The notes under the pieces were generated by a model. It ran no database searches. It was not told the origin of the DNA and saw only the letters and a program-made list of their open reading frames with translations. From assembly GCA_043812155.1 (NCBI GenBank), contig JBDRMK010000009.1, forward strand, positions 1 to 60,445: DNA of 60,445 nucleotides, written 5' to 3'. Below, piece by piece: positions 10,186 to 21,102 of the stretch. The stretch's first letter is position 1. The number at the start of each line of letters is the position of its first letter. Made by a program: the position numbers and the translations under genes. This stretch comes from Patescibacteria group bacterium (lineage in GTDB: Bacteria > Patescibacteriota > Patescibacteriia > JAXHNJ01).

Positions 10186-11682
10186 ATGCCGGAAAAAGAA
10201 CTCGATCAATATCAATACCGAAAAACAAAGCTTGCTCAGCTGAAAAAAATGGGGATTGATCCCTATCCCAGCCGGACAAAGAGAAATCATACCGCCGAGG
10301 AAACTATTCTGGATTTTGAAAAGCTCATGACGGGTAAAAAGGAAGTGACCCTGGCCGGCCGCTTGATAAGTCTGCGTCTGCACGGCGGCTCTCTGTTTTT
10401 CCATCTGGCGGACGGCACGGAAAGTCTGCAAAACTTCATGCGAAAAGACGAGATCGGAGAGGACAGTTTCCGGCTCTTTACCGAAAATATCGATATCGGA
10501 GATTTTGTCGAAACCTCAGGCCATTTATTTGTGACTAAAAAAGGGGAAAAGACCCTAAACGTAAAGGGGTTTAAAATTTTGGCCAAAGCCCTGCGGCCGC
10601 TGCCTGAGAAGTGGCACGGCTTGACCGACACGGAAGTCAGGTTCAGAAAAAGATATCTGGATCTGATCGCCAATCCTGAAGTCAGGGGAATTTTTCGCAA
10701 ACGCAGCCGGGTCATTAAATCCATCCGTGAATTTTTGGATAATCATAATTTTTTGGAGGTTGATACTCCGATCTTGCAGCCTATCCCGGGAGGGGCCAAC
10801 GCCCGGCCATTTGTCACTCATCACAACGCTTTGAACGCGGATCTCTACTTGAGGATCGCCCCCGAGCTTTATTTAAAAAGACTGATCGTCGGCGGTTTTG
10901 AAAAAGTGTATGAGATATCGCGTTGCTTCCGCAACGAGGGGATTGACCACAGCCACAATCCGGAATTCACCCAGGTGGAATTTTACTGGGCCTACGCTGA
11001 TTATGAGGAACTGATGAAATTCACGGAAAGGATGCTGGTGTATATCCTGAAAAATATGGATTCTGACCTGATAATAAACTATGAAAACAATAAAATTGAT
11101 TTTAACCCGCCTTATCAGCGCTTGACCTTCAACGAGGCTTTGAAAAAATACGCCAAATTCGATTTGAAGGCCGGCGGAGATATCAAAGAGGCCGCGGAAA
11201 AAGCCGGTTTAAAAATTGAAAAAGGATTTCACCGGGCGAAAATAATAGATGAATTATTCAAAAAAGTTATCCGGCCGAATCTGATCCAGCCGACTTTTGT
11301 CACTGATTATCCCCTTGAAATTTCGCCCTTAAGCAAAAAAAAGGCGGCTGACCCTAAATTCACCGAGCGTTTTCAGCTGGTGGCGGCCGGCCTGGAGCTC
11401 TGCAACGCTTTTTCCGAGCTGAATGATCCGCAGGATCAGGCGGAGAGATTTTTTGAGCAGGAAAAACTGCGGGCTGAAGGGGATGCCGAGGCGCAAAGAA
11501 TAGACAAGGATTTTATTGAAGCCTTGGAATACGGCCTGCCGCCGACCGCTGGTTTCGGCTTAGGGATCGATCGCCTGGTCGCCATTTTAACCAATTCCCA
11601 TAATATCAAGGAAGTGATCTTTTTCCCGACATTAAAACCAAAAGATGACCCGCTCCCAAGCCATAAAACTGGTAGAAAATAG
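10186..11682 (+). CDS. lysS: lysine--tRNA ligase (class II)
   Basis: PLPEKWHGL, LYLRIAPELYLKRL, FRNEG, GLPPTAGFGLGIDRL. Confidence 0.97.
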   Translation: MPEKELDQYQYRKTKLAQLKKMGIDPYPSRTKRNHTAEETILDFEKLMTGKKEVTLAGRLISLRLHGGSLFFHLADGTESLQNFMRKDEIGEDSFRLFTENIDIGDFVETSGHLFVTKKGEKTLNVKGFKILAKALRPLPEKWHGLTDTEVRFRKRYLDLIANPEVRGIFRKRSRVIKSIREFLDNHNFLEVDTPILQPIPGGANARPFVTHHNALNADLYLRIAPELYLKRLIVGGFEKVYEISRCFRNEGIDHSHNPEFTQVEFYWAYADYEELMKFTERMLVYILKNMDSDLIINYENNKIDFNPPYQRLTFNEALKKYAKFDLKAGGDIKEAAEKAGLKIEKGFHRAKIIDELFKKVIRPNLIQPTFVTDYPLEISPLSKKKAADPKFTERFQLVAAGLELCNAFSELNDPQDQAERFFEQEKLRAEGDAEAQRIDKDFIEALEYGLPPTAGFGLGIDRLVAILTNSHNIKEVIFFPTLKPKDDPLPSHKTGRK

Positions 11683-12195
11683 GATCAAAAACAAGAATCT
11701 TATCAAGCATTGTTTGGCGGTCGAGGCCGTTATGCGCCGGTTAGCCCGTCATTTAAAACAGGACGAGGAAGACTGGGGCCTGGCCGGTTTGCTGCATGAT
11801 ATTGATTATGAGGAAACCAAGGATGACCCTGAAAAACACAGTATTATAGGCGCGGAGGAATTAGATAAACTCGGGCTTAAGCCAGAAATTATTTATGCGG
11901 TAAAAGTCCACAATGAAGTTCATGGCTGGCCGAGAAATTCACTTTTAGACAAGGCTTTATACAGCTCAGACCCGTTAACCGGTTTGATCGTGGCCGCCAC
12001 TCTCGTCCTGCCCGAAAAAAAATTAATTCCTTGACCAAAGACTCAGTTTTAAACCGTTACCGGGAAAAATCTTTCGCCCGAGGCGCCAATCGTCAGGCGA
12101 TAGCGGACTGCCAGAAGATCGGACTTAGTTTGGAAGCATTTTCTGAAATCGGTTTGGAAGCCATGAAGGAAATATCTGAGGATTTAAATTTATAA
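11645..12195 (+). pseudogene. HDIG/HD-domain metal-dependent phosphohydrolase with a -1 frameshift at an A8 run (12015-12022)
   Basis: KHCLAVEAVM and GLLHDIDYE motifs; the shifted frame gives SVLNRYREKSFARGANRQAIADCQKIGLSLEAFSEIGLEAMKEISEDLNL* ending at 12195, the expected family C-terminus. Confidence 0.75.
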
Positions 12196-12199
12196 AAAT

Positions 12200-13444
12200 A
12201 TGCTCGATATAAATTTAATCCGGAAAAATCCGGATTTAGCCAAAGAAAAAATAAAAAGCCGGAATTTTGACGCCCAAGCGGTGGACCGGTTTTTGGATCT
12301 GGATACAAAGGTCAATAATTTCCTCAAACGGATCGAAGAGCTTAGGCACGAAAGAAATGTCAATTCTAAGAAAAAGCCTTCAGATGAAGACCATGCTTTT
12401 TTGAAACACCGTAAGGGCACCATTAAAACCCTGGAAATGGGTTTGGCGGAATACACGAAAGAAAGGGATAAAATTCTTTTGAGTTTGCCGAACATTCCTT
12501 TAGACGATGTAAAGATCGGGCAGAGCGATAAAGATAATGAAATTGTCAAAACTGTGGGGGAAAGAACAAAGTTTAACTTTTCACCAAAGGATTACTTGAC
12601 CCTGACTCAGTCTCTTGATCTGATTGACCTTAATCAGGCGGCTCTCGTCTCCGGCTCACGCTTCAGTTATTTAAAAGGACGATTGGTCCAGCTTCAGCAG
12701 GCGGTCCTTAATTTTGCCTTTAAACATTTGATAAAATCCGGATTTAAGCCTCTAGTCCCGCCTTTAATGATCAAGGATGAAGTGATGCGCGGTTTAGGCT
12801 ATATCGAGGGGATCGAGGAGCAGGAAAAATATCATTTTGAAAAGGACGGTTTATATTTGATCGCTACGGCCGAACATTCATTGATCCCGTATCATATGAA
12901 CCAGACCTTGAAAGTTGAGGCTTTGCCTTTGCGCTACTTTGCCTTCACTCCCGCCTTTCGGAGGGAAGCCGGGTCTTACGGCCAGGACACCAGGGGAATT
13001 TTGCGTTCGCACCAGTTTGATAAATTGGAAATGGTGAGTTTTTCCGAGCCTTCAAAAAGCGGCGAAGAGCAGCTCCATCTTTTTTCCGTGGTTGAAAAAT
13101 TGATGGCTGACCTAAAATTGCCGTACCGGGTGGTAAAAATGTGCACCGGCGACCTGGTTCTGCCTTCGGCCCGGACCTTCGACATAGAAACTTGGCTGCC
13201 CGGTCAGAATAAATACCGGGAAACGCATTCCTGCTCAAATTGCACTGATTACCAGGCTCGCCGACTGAGGATAAAATTTAAAGACAAAAACAACCAAACA
13301 CAATTTGTTCATACTTTGAACAGCACGGTCTTTGCCATGGGCCGGATCTTGATCGCCATCATGGAAAATTATCAGACCAAAGAGGGGACGGTCAAAGTGC
13401 CAAAAATTTTGCAAAAATATTGCGGTTTTAAAGAAATAAAGTAG
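12200..13444 (+). CDS. serS: serine--tRNA ligase
   Basis: LIATAE, FRREAGSYG.DTRGILRSHQFDKLE, SCSNCTDYQARRL. Confidence 0.97.
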   Translation: MLDINLIRKNPDLAKEKIKSRNFDAQAVDRFLDLDTKVNNFLKRIEELRHERNVNSKKKPSDEDHAFLKHRKGTIKTLEMGLAEYTKERDKILLSLPNIPLDDVKIGQSDKDNEIVKTVGERTKFNFSPKDYLTLTQSLDLIDLNQAALVSGSRFSYLKGRLVQLQQAVLNFAFKHLIKSGFKPLVPPLMIKDEVMRGLGYIEGIEEQEKYHFEKDGLYLIATAEHSLIPYHMNQTLKVEALPLRYFAFTPAFRREAGSYGQDTRGILRSHQFDKLEMVSFSEPSKSGEEQLHLFSVVEKLMADLKLPYRVVKMCTGDLVLPSARTFDIETWLPGQNKYRETHSCSNCTDYQARRLRIKFKDKNNQTQFVHTLNSTVFAMGRILIAIMENYQTKEGTVKVPKILQKYCGFKEIK

Positions 13445-14593
13445 ATGATTAAATACCGGAATAATAATTTAGCCACCTGGGTTGAAATTGATAAATCAGC
13501 TCTTTTGCATAATCTGGATCAGTTCATCAGATTAGCGGGGAAAGGGGTTAAAATCTGCCCTATTATTAAGTCTTTTGCCTATGGCCATGATATGGCTCAG
13601 GCGGCAAAAACTCTTCAAAATCAGCCGATTTGGGGCTTTGGCGGGGTCAATTTGGAGGAGGCCTTGTTATTGCGGCGGGACGGGATAAAAAAGCCTATTT
13701 TGGTCTTAAGTTACGCTAACGCGGATCTGGCCGCCGGTATAAAGCAAAATATCATTTTTTCCGTTTATTCCCTGGCTTTTGCCGAGAAATTAAACCGGTT
13801 AGGCCAGAAACTAAAAAAACAGGTTAAAATTCATGTGAAGGCGGACGTGGGGACCTCGCGCCTCGGGCTTATGCCTCGCAATCTCCCGCTGTTTATTAAA
13901 AAATTACATAAATTAAAATATATTAAAATTGACGGGTTATTCGCCCATTTCGCGGATTCGGAAAACCAGAATTGGAACTTTACTCTTAAGCAATTGGCTC
14001 TATTTAAAAAAATCATTATTCTGGCGGAAAAAGCCGGCCAAAAAATTCCGGTTAAGCATATCGCTTGTTCGGCCGCCGCCTTGGGAAGCAAAGAGACGCA
14101 TTTTAACCTGATCCGGCTCGGCCTTTCTCTTTACGGGCTTTGGCCATCGGAGAGTACCCGGCGGCGGGCCTTAAATAAACATAAATGGTTTTCCTTGAAA
14201 CCGGCTCTTTCCTGGCAGACAAAAATAATCCAAATAAAAATTCTGCCTAAAAATTCCCGGATCGGTTACGGCGGAACATATAAGGCAAATAAGAAAATAA
14301 AAATAGCGGTTTTGCCGGTCGGGTACTACGAAGGCTATGACCGCCGATTGTCAAACAAAGGCGAGGTTTTGATCAAAGGCCGGCGCTGCCCGGTCTTAGG
14401 CCGCGTCTGCATGAACATGATTATGGTCGATGTTTCAAAGATCAATAATATAAAAACAGGGGATAGAGCGACTTTGATCGGCAAGCAGAAGAATAAAGAG
14501 ATAACCGCTGATGAGCTGGCCAAAAAAATCGGCACCATTAACTACGAAGTGGTGGCCAGAATTAATCCTTTAATCCCACGAGTCTATGGCTAA
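13445..14593 (+). CDS. alr: alanine racemase
   Basis: IIKSFAYGH (PLP lysine), IGYGG, VGYYEG, GRVCMN. Confidence 0.93.
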   Translation: MIKYRNNNLATWVEIDKSALLHNLDQFIRLAGKGVKICPIIKSFAYGHDMAQAAKTLQNQPIWGFGGVNLEEALLLRRDGIKKPILVLSYANADLAAGIKQNIIFSVYSLAFAEKLNRLGQKLKKQVKIHVKADVGTSRLGLMPRNLPLFIKKLHKLKYIKIDGLFAHFADSENQNWNFTLKQLALFKKIIILAEKAGQKIPVKHIACSAAALGSKETHFNLIRLGLSLYGLWPSESTRRRALNKHKWFSLKPALSWQTKIIQIKILPKNSRIGYGGTYKANKKIKIAVLPVGYYEGYDRRLSNKGEVLIKGRRCPVLGRVCMNMIMVDVSKINNIKTGDRATLIGKQKNKEITADELAKKIGTINYEVVARINPLIPRVYG

Positions 14594-15698
14594 AAAAATA
14601 AGAGTCGGAGTGATCTTCGGCGGCCGTTCCGCGGAGCACGAGGTTTCCCTGGTTTCCGCCGCTTCGGTCATTTCCGCCTTGGATCAAAAAATATACGAAG
14701 TGATCCCGATCGGCATCACCAAACAAGGCCAGTGGCTGGTCGGCGAGCCTCTGAAAGCCTTGAAATCCGGAAATTTAAAACAGGTGAATCCGGTGACGCC
14801 GCCGACCAATGTCTTGCAGAAAGGACTGGTTAGAGCCGAGAAAAAGGCCAGGACTTTAGCGATCGACGTTTTTTTTCCGGTTTTGCACGGCCCATACGGC
14901 GAGGACGGCACTATTCAGGGTTTGCTTGAATTGACCGATATCCCTTACGTCGGGGCCGGCGTTTTGGCATCCGCTTTAGGCATGGATAAAGTGGCACAAA
15001 AACAGCTTTATGAGCAGGCCGGGATTCCCACTCCAAAATTCATATTTTTCCATCAATCGGACTGGCGCAAAGATCGTAACAAAATCATTAAACGGATAAA
15101 AAAGGAAATTGGATTCCCGTGTTTCATAAAACCGCCGAATTTAGGCTCTTCCGTCGGCATTTCAAAGGTCCGGCAGGAAAAGGATCTTATTAAGGCGATA
15201 AAGATGGCTTTCCGCTATGACCTTAAGGTGATCGTGGAAAAAAGCGTGGAAGAAGCCCGGGAAATAGAAATTTCCGTCTTAGGGAATGACCAGCCGCGAG
15301 TCTCCCTTCCCGGCGAGATCGTGCCTTCAAACGAATTCTACGATTATGAGGCTAAATACATCGACAACCGGTCAAAAGCCGTTATTCCGGCCAAGCTCCC
15401 GAAAACAGTTATAAAAAAAATTCAGGCCTACGCCCTAGCCGCCTTTAAACTGTTAAATATTTCGGGCATGGCCAGAGCGGATTTTTTAGTAGAAAAAAAA
15501 GGCTTTAAAATATATTTGAACGAGATCAACACAATTCCCGGCTTCACTTCCATTTCCATGTATCCGAAGCTCTGGCAGGCTTCCGGCTTGGATTACGCGG
15601 ATCTGATTTCTGAACTGATAAGATTGGCCAGGGAAAGGAACCGGCAAAAAAAAGCCTTGCAGACCTCTTACCGGCCGAAAAAAAATTGGTATAAGTAA
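14586..15698 (+). CDS. ddl: D-alanine--D-alanine ligase
   Basis: [34 protein letters not shown]. Confidence 0.96.
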   Translation: MAKKIRVGVIFGGRSAEHEVSLVSAASVISALDQKIYEVIPIGITKQGQWLVGEPLKALKSGNLKQVNPVTPPTNVLQKGLVRAEKKARTLAIDVFFPVLHGPYGEDGTIQGLLELTDIPYVGAGVLASALGMDKVAQKQLYEQAGIPTPKFIFFHQSDWRKDRNKIIKRIKKEIGFPCFIKPPNLGSSVGISKVRQEKDLIKAIKMAFRYDLKVIVEKSVEEAREIEISVLGNDQPRVSLPGEIVPSNEFYDYEAKYIDNRSKAVIPAKLPKTVIKKIQAYALAAFKLLNISGMARADFLVEKKGFKIYLNEINTIPGFTSISMYPKLWQASGLDYADLISELIRLARERNRQKKALQTSYRPKKNWYK

Positions 15699-15700
15699 TT

Positions 15701-16738
15701 ATGCGTTTCAACCCTTTTCGCAAACGAAGAACGGTCAAAGGTTTTGCCGCCCCCAAAAGGGTCTTTAAGAACCCGTTTTTCAGCCGGGAGAATTTCAGCG
15801 ACGTGCTGTTCCGGACCTTAAAAATCCATTACGGCCTGATAATTCTTTTGACTTTCGGCCTTTTATACTTGATATTTTTTTCCGAGATCTTCCAGATCCG
15901 CTTCATTGTCGTCAAGGGAGCGGTTAAAGTGCCGGCCGAGACCATTGAAAGCTATGTTAGGGAAGAGCTTTCCGGCCAGCGCCTTGGTTTTTTGCCTCAA
16001 TCAAACTATTTCTTTCTGGATGAAAAATCTGTGAGGGAAAAGGTCAGGGAAAAAATCCAAGCCACAATTGGCCTGGAAGAATACTCGCTCGACAAGCGTT
16101 TTCCCCGGACGGTCTCTGTCCGCTTAAAAGAGACAATACCCTCCTTAACCTGGAAAACCGGAAGCGATTATTATTACCTGGATAAAAGCGGAATCGTGGC
16201 TCAAAGCGTGGCCGAAGAAGAAGTGGATAAAAATTTCCCCTTAATTGAGGATCTGAATAATTTGTTGACCGCGCCCCAGGAACAGACGGTCAGTCCTCAA
16301 TGGCTTGCGTCAATCCCGGAAATAACCAAGGATCTAGGCGATAATAACCTGGCTTTTGACCATTTTCTAGTGCCGGTTGTCCGCTGTTATTCGCCGGAAT
16401 TGCCTGTCAGTACCGATGAAGAGATCACTCTTAACGCGAATGGCAATCTGAATGAAAATACCAACGCCGAGATTGACGATAATGAAAATTTGAACCTGAA
16501 TTTAAATGATAATATTAACGCGAGCGCTCCCGAATGCCGGCTTAAGGATGAGCTGAAAAAATTAACGCGGATAGATGTCTTGATGAAAGATGGCTATCAA
16601 ATATATCTGGCTACTGACCGGAACATCGCGGTCCAGATAAATAATCTGAACCTGGTGCTCACCACCAAATTAAAGGGAAAAACCTCAACCTTAAAATATA
16701 TTGATTTAAGATTTGATAACCGGATCTATTACCAATGA
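15701..16738 (+). CDS. ftsQ: FtsQ/DivIB-like POTRA protein with an Asn-rich insertion
   Basis: Single TM, KRFPRTVSVRLKE, C-terminal YIDLRFDNRIYY; downstream of ddl. Confidence 0.65.
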   Translation: MRFNPFRKRRTVKGFAAPKRVFKNPFFSRENFSDVLFRTLKIHYGLIILLTFGLLYLIFFSEIFQIRFIVVKGAVKVPAETIESYVREELSGQRLGFLPQSNYFFLDEKSVREKVREKIQATIGLEEYSLDKRFPRTVSVRLKETIPSLTWKTGSDYYYLDKSGIVAQSVAEEEVDKNFPLIEDLNNLLTAPQEQTVSPQWLASIPEITKDLGDNNLAFDHFLVPVVRCYSPELPVSTDEEITLNANGNLNENTNAEIDDNENLNLNLNDNINASAPECRLKDELKKLTRIDVLMKDGYQIYLATDRNIAVQINNLNLVLTTKLKGKTSTLKYIDLRFDNRIYYQ

Positions 16739-18012
16739 ACTATTTCGTTTTAGCCTTATTCATTATTACTTATATTTTTCTTGTCTGGGGCAGGATCAAT
16801 AAGCTTCTGGTGGTTGGGGTTTCCGCCGGACTCCTGATCTTTACCCGGATCATAAGCCTTCCCCAGGCCTTTGATTTCGTCAATTGGAACGTGATCGCTA
16901 TTTTTGTCGGCATGCTGGTCTTGGCGGACATGTTCATTGATTCGCGCGTCCCGGCCTATCTGGCTCGGGCCCTGGCTTCCAAGGCAAAGACCACGGCTTT
17001 GGCCTTTATTTTTATCTGCGCTTTGACCAGTTTTATTTCCGCTTTCGTGGAAAATGTGGCCACGGTCCTGATCATCGCGCCGATCGCTATTTCTTTGGCC
17101 CGGCATTTGAATATCAAGGTGGCCCCGTTTCTCATCGGCATTGCCATCTGCTCCAATCTGCAGGGGACGGCCACCCTGGTCGGCGACCCGCCGAGCATGA
17201 TCCTGGCCGGCTGGGGAAAAATGACCTTTAACGATTTTTTTTGGTTCAACGGCCGGCCGGGAATTTTTTTCGCGGTTCAGATCGCAGCTGTTGTTTCATT
17301 TGTCGTCCTTTATATAATTTTTCGCAAACATCGCCGCGGAGTCGGGGAGCTTGAAGGCGTCCATGTCAATTCCTGGGTGCCGACCTGGCTCATAATTTTG
17401 CTTATCGTCTCACTGGCCTATGCTTCTATTTACGGCCGCCAATATTACTATATTACCGGCATTATCACCCTTATTTTTGCTTTGTTCGGCCTTTTATGGA
17501 AGCTGCTGCGCGAAGGCTACGGTTCCCTCTCCGGCCTTTTAAAACCCCTGGATTGGAATACCAGTTTTTTTCTCCTTTGTATATTTGTCATTGTCGGCAG
17601 CTTGACTCCGGCCGGCGTGATCGATAAATTAACCGAAGTTATGAAATCCCTGACCGGCTCCAATGTATTCCTGACCTACTCGATCATTATGTGGTTTTCT
17701 GTCATCGCCTCCGCCTTTATAGACAATGTGCCCTATATATTAATGATGCTGCCGGTGGCTATGGGTCTGGCCAGCCATTTAGGCGTCAGTCCGTATCTTT
17801 TTTATTTTTCTCTCTTGATCGGAGCTTCCGTCGGTGGTAATATTACCCCGATCGGCGCCTCGGCCAACATCGTCGCGGTCGGACTGGCCAAAAAGAAAGC
17901 GGACGAAAAAATCAGCTTCTGGGAATTCGTAAAGATCGGCCTGCCTTTTACCTTGTCGGCGGTCACCGCCGCCTGGATTGTCGGCTGGTTCTTCTGGCGG
18001 TATCTGATTTAA
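16735..18012 (+). CDS. ArsB/NhaD/P-permease family anion or ion transporter
   Basis: About 11-12 TM segments; SAFVENV, GTATLVGDPP, SAFIDNVP, GGNITPIGASAN. Confidence 0.85.
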   Translation: MNYFVLALFIITYIFLVWGRINKLLVVGVSAGLLIFTRIISLPQAFDFVNWNVIAIFVGMLVLADMFIDSRVPAYLARALASKAKTTALAFIFICALTSFISAFVENVATVLIIAPIAISLARHLNIKVAPFLIGIAICSNLQGTATLVGDPPSMILAGWGKMTFNDFFWFNGRPGIFFAVQIAAVVSFVVLYIIFRKHRRGVGELEGVHVNSWVPTWLIILLIVSLAYASIYGRQYYYITGIITLIFALFGLLWKLLREGYGSLSGLLKPLDWNTSFFLLCIFVIVGSLTPAGVIDKLTEVMKSLTGSNVFLTYSIIMWFSVIASAFIDNVPYILMMLPVAMGLASHLGVSPYLFYFSLLIGASVGGNITPIGASANIVAVGLAKKKADEKISFWEFVKIGLPFTLSAVTAAWIVGWFFWRYLI

Positions 18013-18092
18013 AATTTCTTTTTTTGATCGCGGGCACAGCGGCCCGCGCTGTCCAATTAGCCATTTAACTAACCAGCCAATCAACTAACAAC

Positions 18093-18464
18093 ATGCAATA
18101 TACTCAAAAAGTTCTAAGTCACTTCCAAAACCCCCATAACTTGGGACGGATAGAAAACGCTGACGGAGTCGGTGAAGTGGGCAATCCGGTCTGCGGCGAC
18201 ATCATGAAGCTCTACATTAAGGTCAAAGACGATAAGATCACGGAAATTAAATTTGAAACTCTGGGCTGCGGCGCGGCTATTGCCACTTCGTCCATGATCA
18301 CAGATTTAGCCCGGGGCAAAACAATAAAGGAAGCCAAATTGATCTCCCGGGAAGACGTTGCCTCTGAATTAGGCGGTCTGCCGCCGGTCAAGATGCACTG
18401 CTCCAATTTGGCGGCCGAAGCCCTGGCCAAGGCCATCAAGGATTACGAAAGCCGAAAAAAATAA
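18093..18464 (+). CDS. nifU: Fe-S cluster scaffold NifU/IscU
   Basis: GNPVCGD, GCGAAIA, KMHCSNLA. Confidence 0.92.
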   Translation: MQYTQKVLSHFQNPHNLGRIENADGVGEVGNPVCGDIMKLYIKVKDDKITEIKFETLGCGAAIATSSMITDLARGKTIKEAKLISREDVASELGGLPPVKMHCSNLAAEALAKAIKDYESRKK

Positions 18465-18480
18465 ACATCATGAATAAATT

Positions 18481-19614
18481 ATGAAAAAATTCTTATTTTT
18501 AAGTGTCAGTCTATTTTTATTATTTTTTCTTTCCAGCTGCGCCAAAAAAGACGTATCCGTAGATACCGGCGATAAAGACAAAAATAATATCTTGGCGGAA
18601 CAGATTGACATTAACAACCGTTTCGGCTGGCTGGGCGGGGACGAGAACAGTTTTAATTACGTCTCCGGCCAGGGCGGCGGCTGGGTCAGGCCGCATCCGG
18701 GCCCCATGGTCTGGGACATGATGCAAAATAAAGAAAACCAGGCAATAGATTTCACCAATATGGACAGTATTGTCAAGGCCTCCCAGGCTTACGGCATAAA
18801 TTTACTGATCACGATCTGGCCCTTTGCCAACTGGGACCAGATGAAAAGAAGCGATGCGTCCGCCTGTCAGGTCTCTTCAGATGACGAATTTTTGCCCCAA
18901 AACGACAAAAAAGGCCGCGATTCCTACCTGCCTTTATATAGATGCAATCCTTCTGATTGGGATACTTATAAGAATTTTGTCTCCCAGGTAGTGGAAAGAT
19001 ACGACGGGGACGGCATAGGTGACTACGAGAGGCTGCAATACCCGATAAAATATTGGGAAGTTATGAACGAGCCGGATCTTTCCGGGGGTATGGGTCTGGA
19101 TTTTTACAAACAGGGTTATTCGGAGTACGCCGAACCTCTTAAAAATACTTATGAAGCGGTCAAAGCCGCGGACGCCACCGCCCAGGTCCTGATCTCCGGG
19201 GCGGCCGGAGGGGATACGCGTTTTATAAGTTTTTATGAGAATATGTTAAAAGCCGATGCCACTCTGGCTAATTATTTTGACATCGCCAATATCCACTGCA
19301 TTTCCAATGACCGCAGCACCAATTCTTTCAACGTCGTGCCCTATAAACAGATGCTGCTGAGGAACGGGATTGATAAGCCTCTCTGGGTCACGGAAGCGGA
19401 AATGATGACCGGCCAGACCTTAGAGGATAACGCGAAAACAACAGCGGAAAACGTGAAAGGCGCTTTGGCGGCCGGCGCCGCCAAGATATTTTTCACCCGT
19501 TACGACTTCGCCGACACCCGCACGGATATGAGCCAAAAATTCGAGCCGACCAAGCAGGAGCAGGAAGAAAGCGACGAATCGTACCGCGATATTATCAAAT
19601 CATACAATAATTAA
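18481..19614 (+). CDS. clan GH-A glycoside hydrolase-like lipoprotein (GH5/GH39-like)
   Basis: Lipobox LSSC; WEVMNEPD acid/base and LWVTE nucleophile motifs. Confidence 0.7.
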   Translation: MKKFLFLSVSLFLLFFLSSCAKKDVSVDTGDKDKNNILAEQIDINNRFGWLGGDENSFNYVSGQGGGWVRPHPGPMVWDMMQNKENQAIDFTNMDSIVKASQAYGINLLITIWPFANWDQMKRSDASACQVSSDDEFLPQNDKKGRDSYLPLYRCNPSDWDTYKNFVSQVVERYDGDGIGDYERLQYPIKYWEVMNEPDLSGGMGLDFYKQGYSEYAEPLKNTYEAVKAADATAQVLISGAAGGDTRFISFYENMLKADATLANYFDIANIHCISNDRSTNSFNVVPYKQMLLRNGIDKPLWVTEAEMMTGQTLEDNAKTTAENVKGALAAGAAKIFFTRYDFADTRTDMSQKFEPTKQEQEESDESYRDIIKSYNN

Positions 19615-20424
19615 ATGGGAAAAAACCGGCCAAAAATCGGCCTCGCCCTGGGCAGCGGGGGGTTTCGGGGACTGGCTCATATCGGCGTCATTAAAGTCCT
19701 GGAAAGAAACAATATCCCGATTGATTATATCGCCGGCTCCAGTATCGGCGCCCTGATCGGTGCTTTTTACGCTGACTGCCGGGATATCAAAAAAATTGAA
19801 GAAATTGCCTTAAAAACCGACTGGAAAATGGGTGTTTCCATTTTTGATCTGGGCCGGCATGGAGGATTGGTCAAAGGCAAAAAGATTGAAAATTTAATTA
19901 AAAAATGGCTCGGCCACACCTGTTTTGAGCATATAAAAATTCCTATTGGCGTAGTCGCAACTGACCTTTCCACGGGCCAGGAGCTTGTCGTGACAAAAGG
20001 AAATCTGGTCAAGGCGATCCGGGCCAGTTTTTCCGTACCCTTGATTTTTGAACCGATCGTCTTTCAGGGCAAATTACTGGCGGACGGCGGGTTAGTTGAT
20101 CCGGTCCCGGACGGAGTGGTTAAAAATATGGGGGCGGACAAGGTCATCGCCGTTAATTTAGAAAACGGCAACTTTAAACAGGCCCTGCACCGGAAAAAAG
20201 TCTCTTTTTTAAAAGTCGCCTTAAGATCGTATAATATCCTGGCCTGGCATTTGGCGGAAACTTCCATGAGTGAAGCGGATGTCATTATTTCCCCCGAAGT
20301 CGGCGGCGACGATATCGTCGGCTTCGGCAAATTTTTTGACCATAAGAACGTAAAAAAGATCATCCGGACCGGTGAAATAGCCGCGGAGAAAGAGTTGCCG
20401 AAAATAAAAAAACTTGTGTTTTGA
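19615..20424 (+). CDS. patatin-like phospholipase (RssA family)
   Basis: GSGGFRG, GSSIG nucleophile elbow, DGG. Confidence 0.9.
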   Translation: MGKNRPKIGLALGSGGFRGLAHIGVIKVLERNNIPIDYIAGSSIGALIGAFYADCRDIKKIEEIALKTDWKMGVSIFDLGRHGGLVKGKKIENLIKKWLGHTCFEHIKIPIGVVATDLSTGQELVVTKGNLVKAIRASFSVPLIFEPIVFQGKLLADGGLVDPVPDGVVKNMGADKVIAVNLENGNFKQALHRKKVSFLKVALRSYNILAWHLAETSMSEADVIISPEVGGDDIVGFGKFFDHKNVKKIIRTGEIAAEKELPKIKKLVF

Positions 20425-20446
20425 TTTATTAAGATTTTATAAAAAT

Positions 20447-20479
20447 AAAAATCCCCTCGACTTGACAGAAGAGGGGATT
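20447..20479. terminator. hairpin between convergent genes
   Basis: aatcccctc...gaggggatt inverted repeat with an A-run on the left. Confidence 0.55.
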
Positions 20480-20501
20480 ATCTTGGTTACATAGGCAGTT
20501 T

Positions 20502-20912
20502 TCAGGCCGCCTGGCGGAGATAAGTGCGACGTTTAGCCTGAAGCCAGGAAAGATGGGCAAGAAGGTCGGTTTTCAGGACACGGACGGACTGGTAATAGTC
20601 GTCAATTTGAATATCGAATGCTAACCGGCTCTTACCCCGATAAGTGACCCGGATAGGACCGAACCAACCGCTTATCTGGCCGTTTGTTTCGCCCGTAACC
20701 AGAAGGTTGTGGGCTTTAAGACTGATGATTTTGTGATCAAAGTCTCCCTGAAAAAAATGCGTTTCCGCGCCGGGTATTCTCTCCTCCTTGCTATAGGGCC
20801 GGATAATCACTCGTCCGGTCCGTTCAATCTGACAGCATAGACTGACACAACCAAAAGCGTTTAGTACCGGGCAAAAAGTGGTGGCGACGACTTTACCCAG
20901 CATCTTGGACAT
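20502..20912 (-). CDS. hypothetical protein
   Basis: 136-aa ORF with GGAGGTG SD upstream, TTGACT-type promoter near 21000 and a downstream hairpin. Confidence 0.65.
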   Translation of the reverse strand: MSKMLGKVVATTFCPVLNAFGCVSLCCQIERTGRVIIRPYSKEERIPGAETHFFQGDFDHKIISLKAHNLLVTGETNGQISGWFGPIRVTYRGKSRLAFDIQIDDYYQSVRVLKTDLLAHLSWLQAKRRTYLRQAA

Positions 20913-21025
20913 CTCACACCTCCAGTTTTTGATGTTTTAAAAAAAATGATCAGCTGATTGATTCGTGCCCGTATCTTATTTTAAAAGAAGAAAATAGTCA
21001 AGATTTATAATATATCGATTACATA

Positions 21026-21072
21026 TTTTGCGACCCATAGGATTTGACATATAATTGGAGATAATATAAAGT
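21026..21072 (+). promoter_or_regulatory. conserved unit-head motif copy 1 plus sigma70 promoter
   Basis: TTTTGCGACCCATAGGATTTGAC (21026-21048); TTGACA-17-TAAAGT. Confidence 0.75.
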
Positions 21073-21102
21073 GTAAAGTTCGCTAGTAAAAGGAGGCCTT
21101 GT

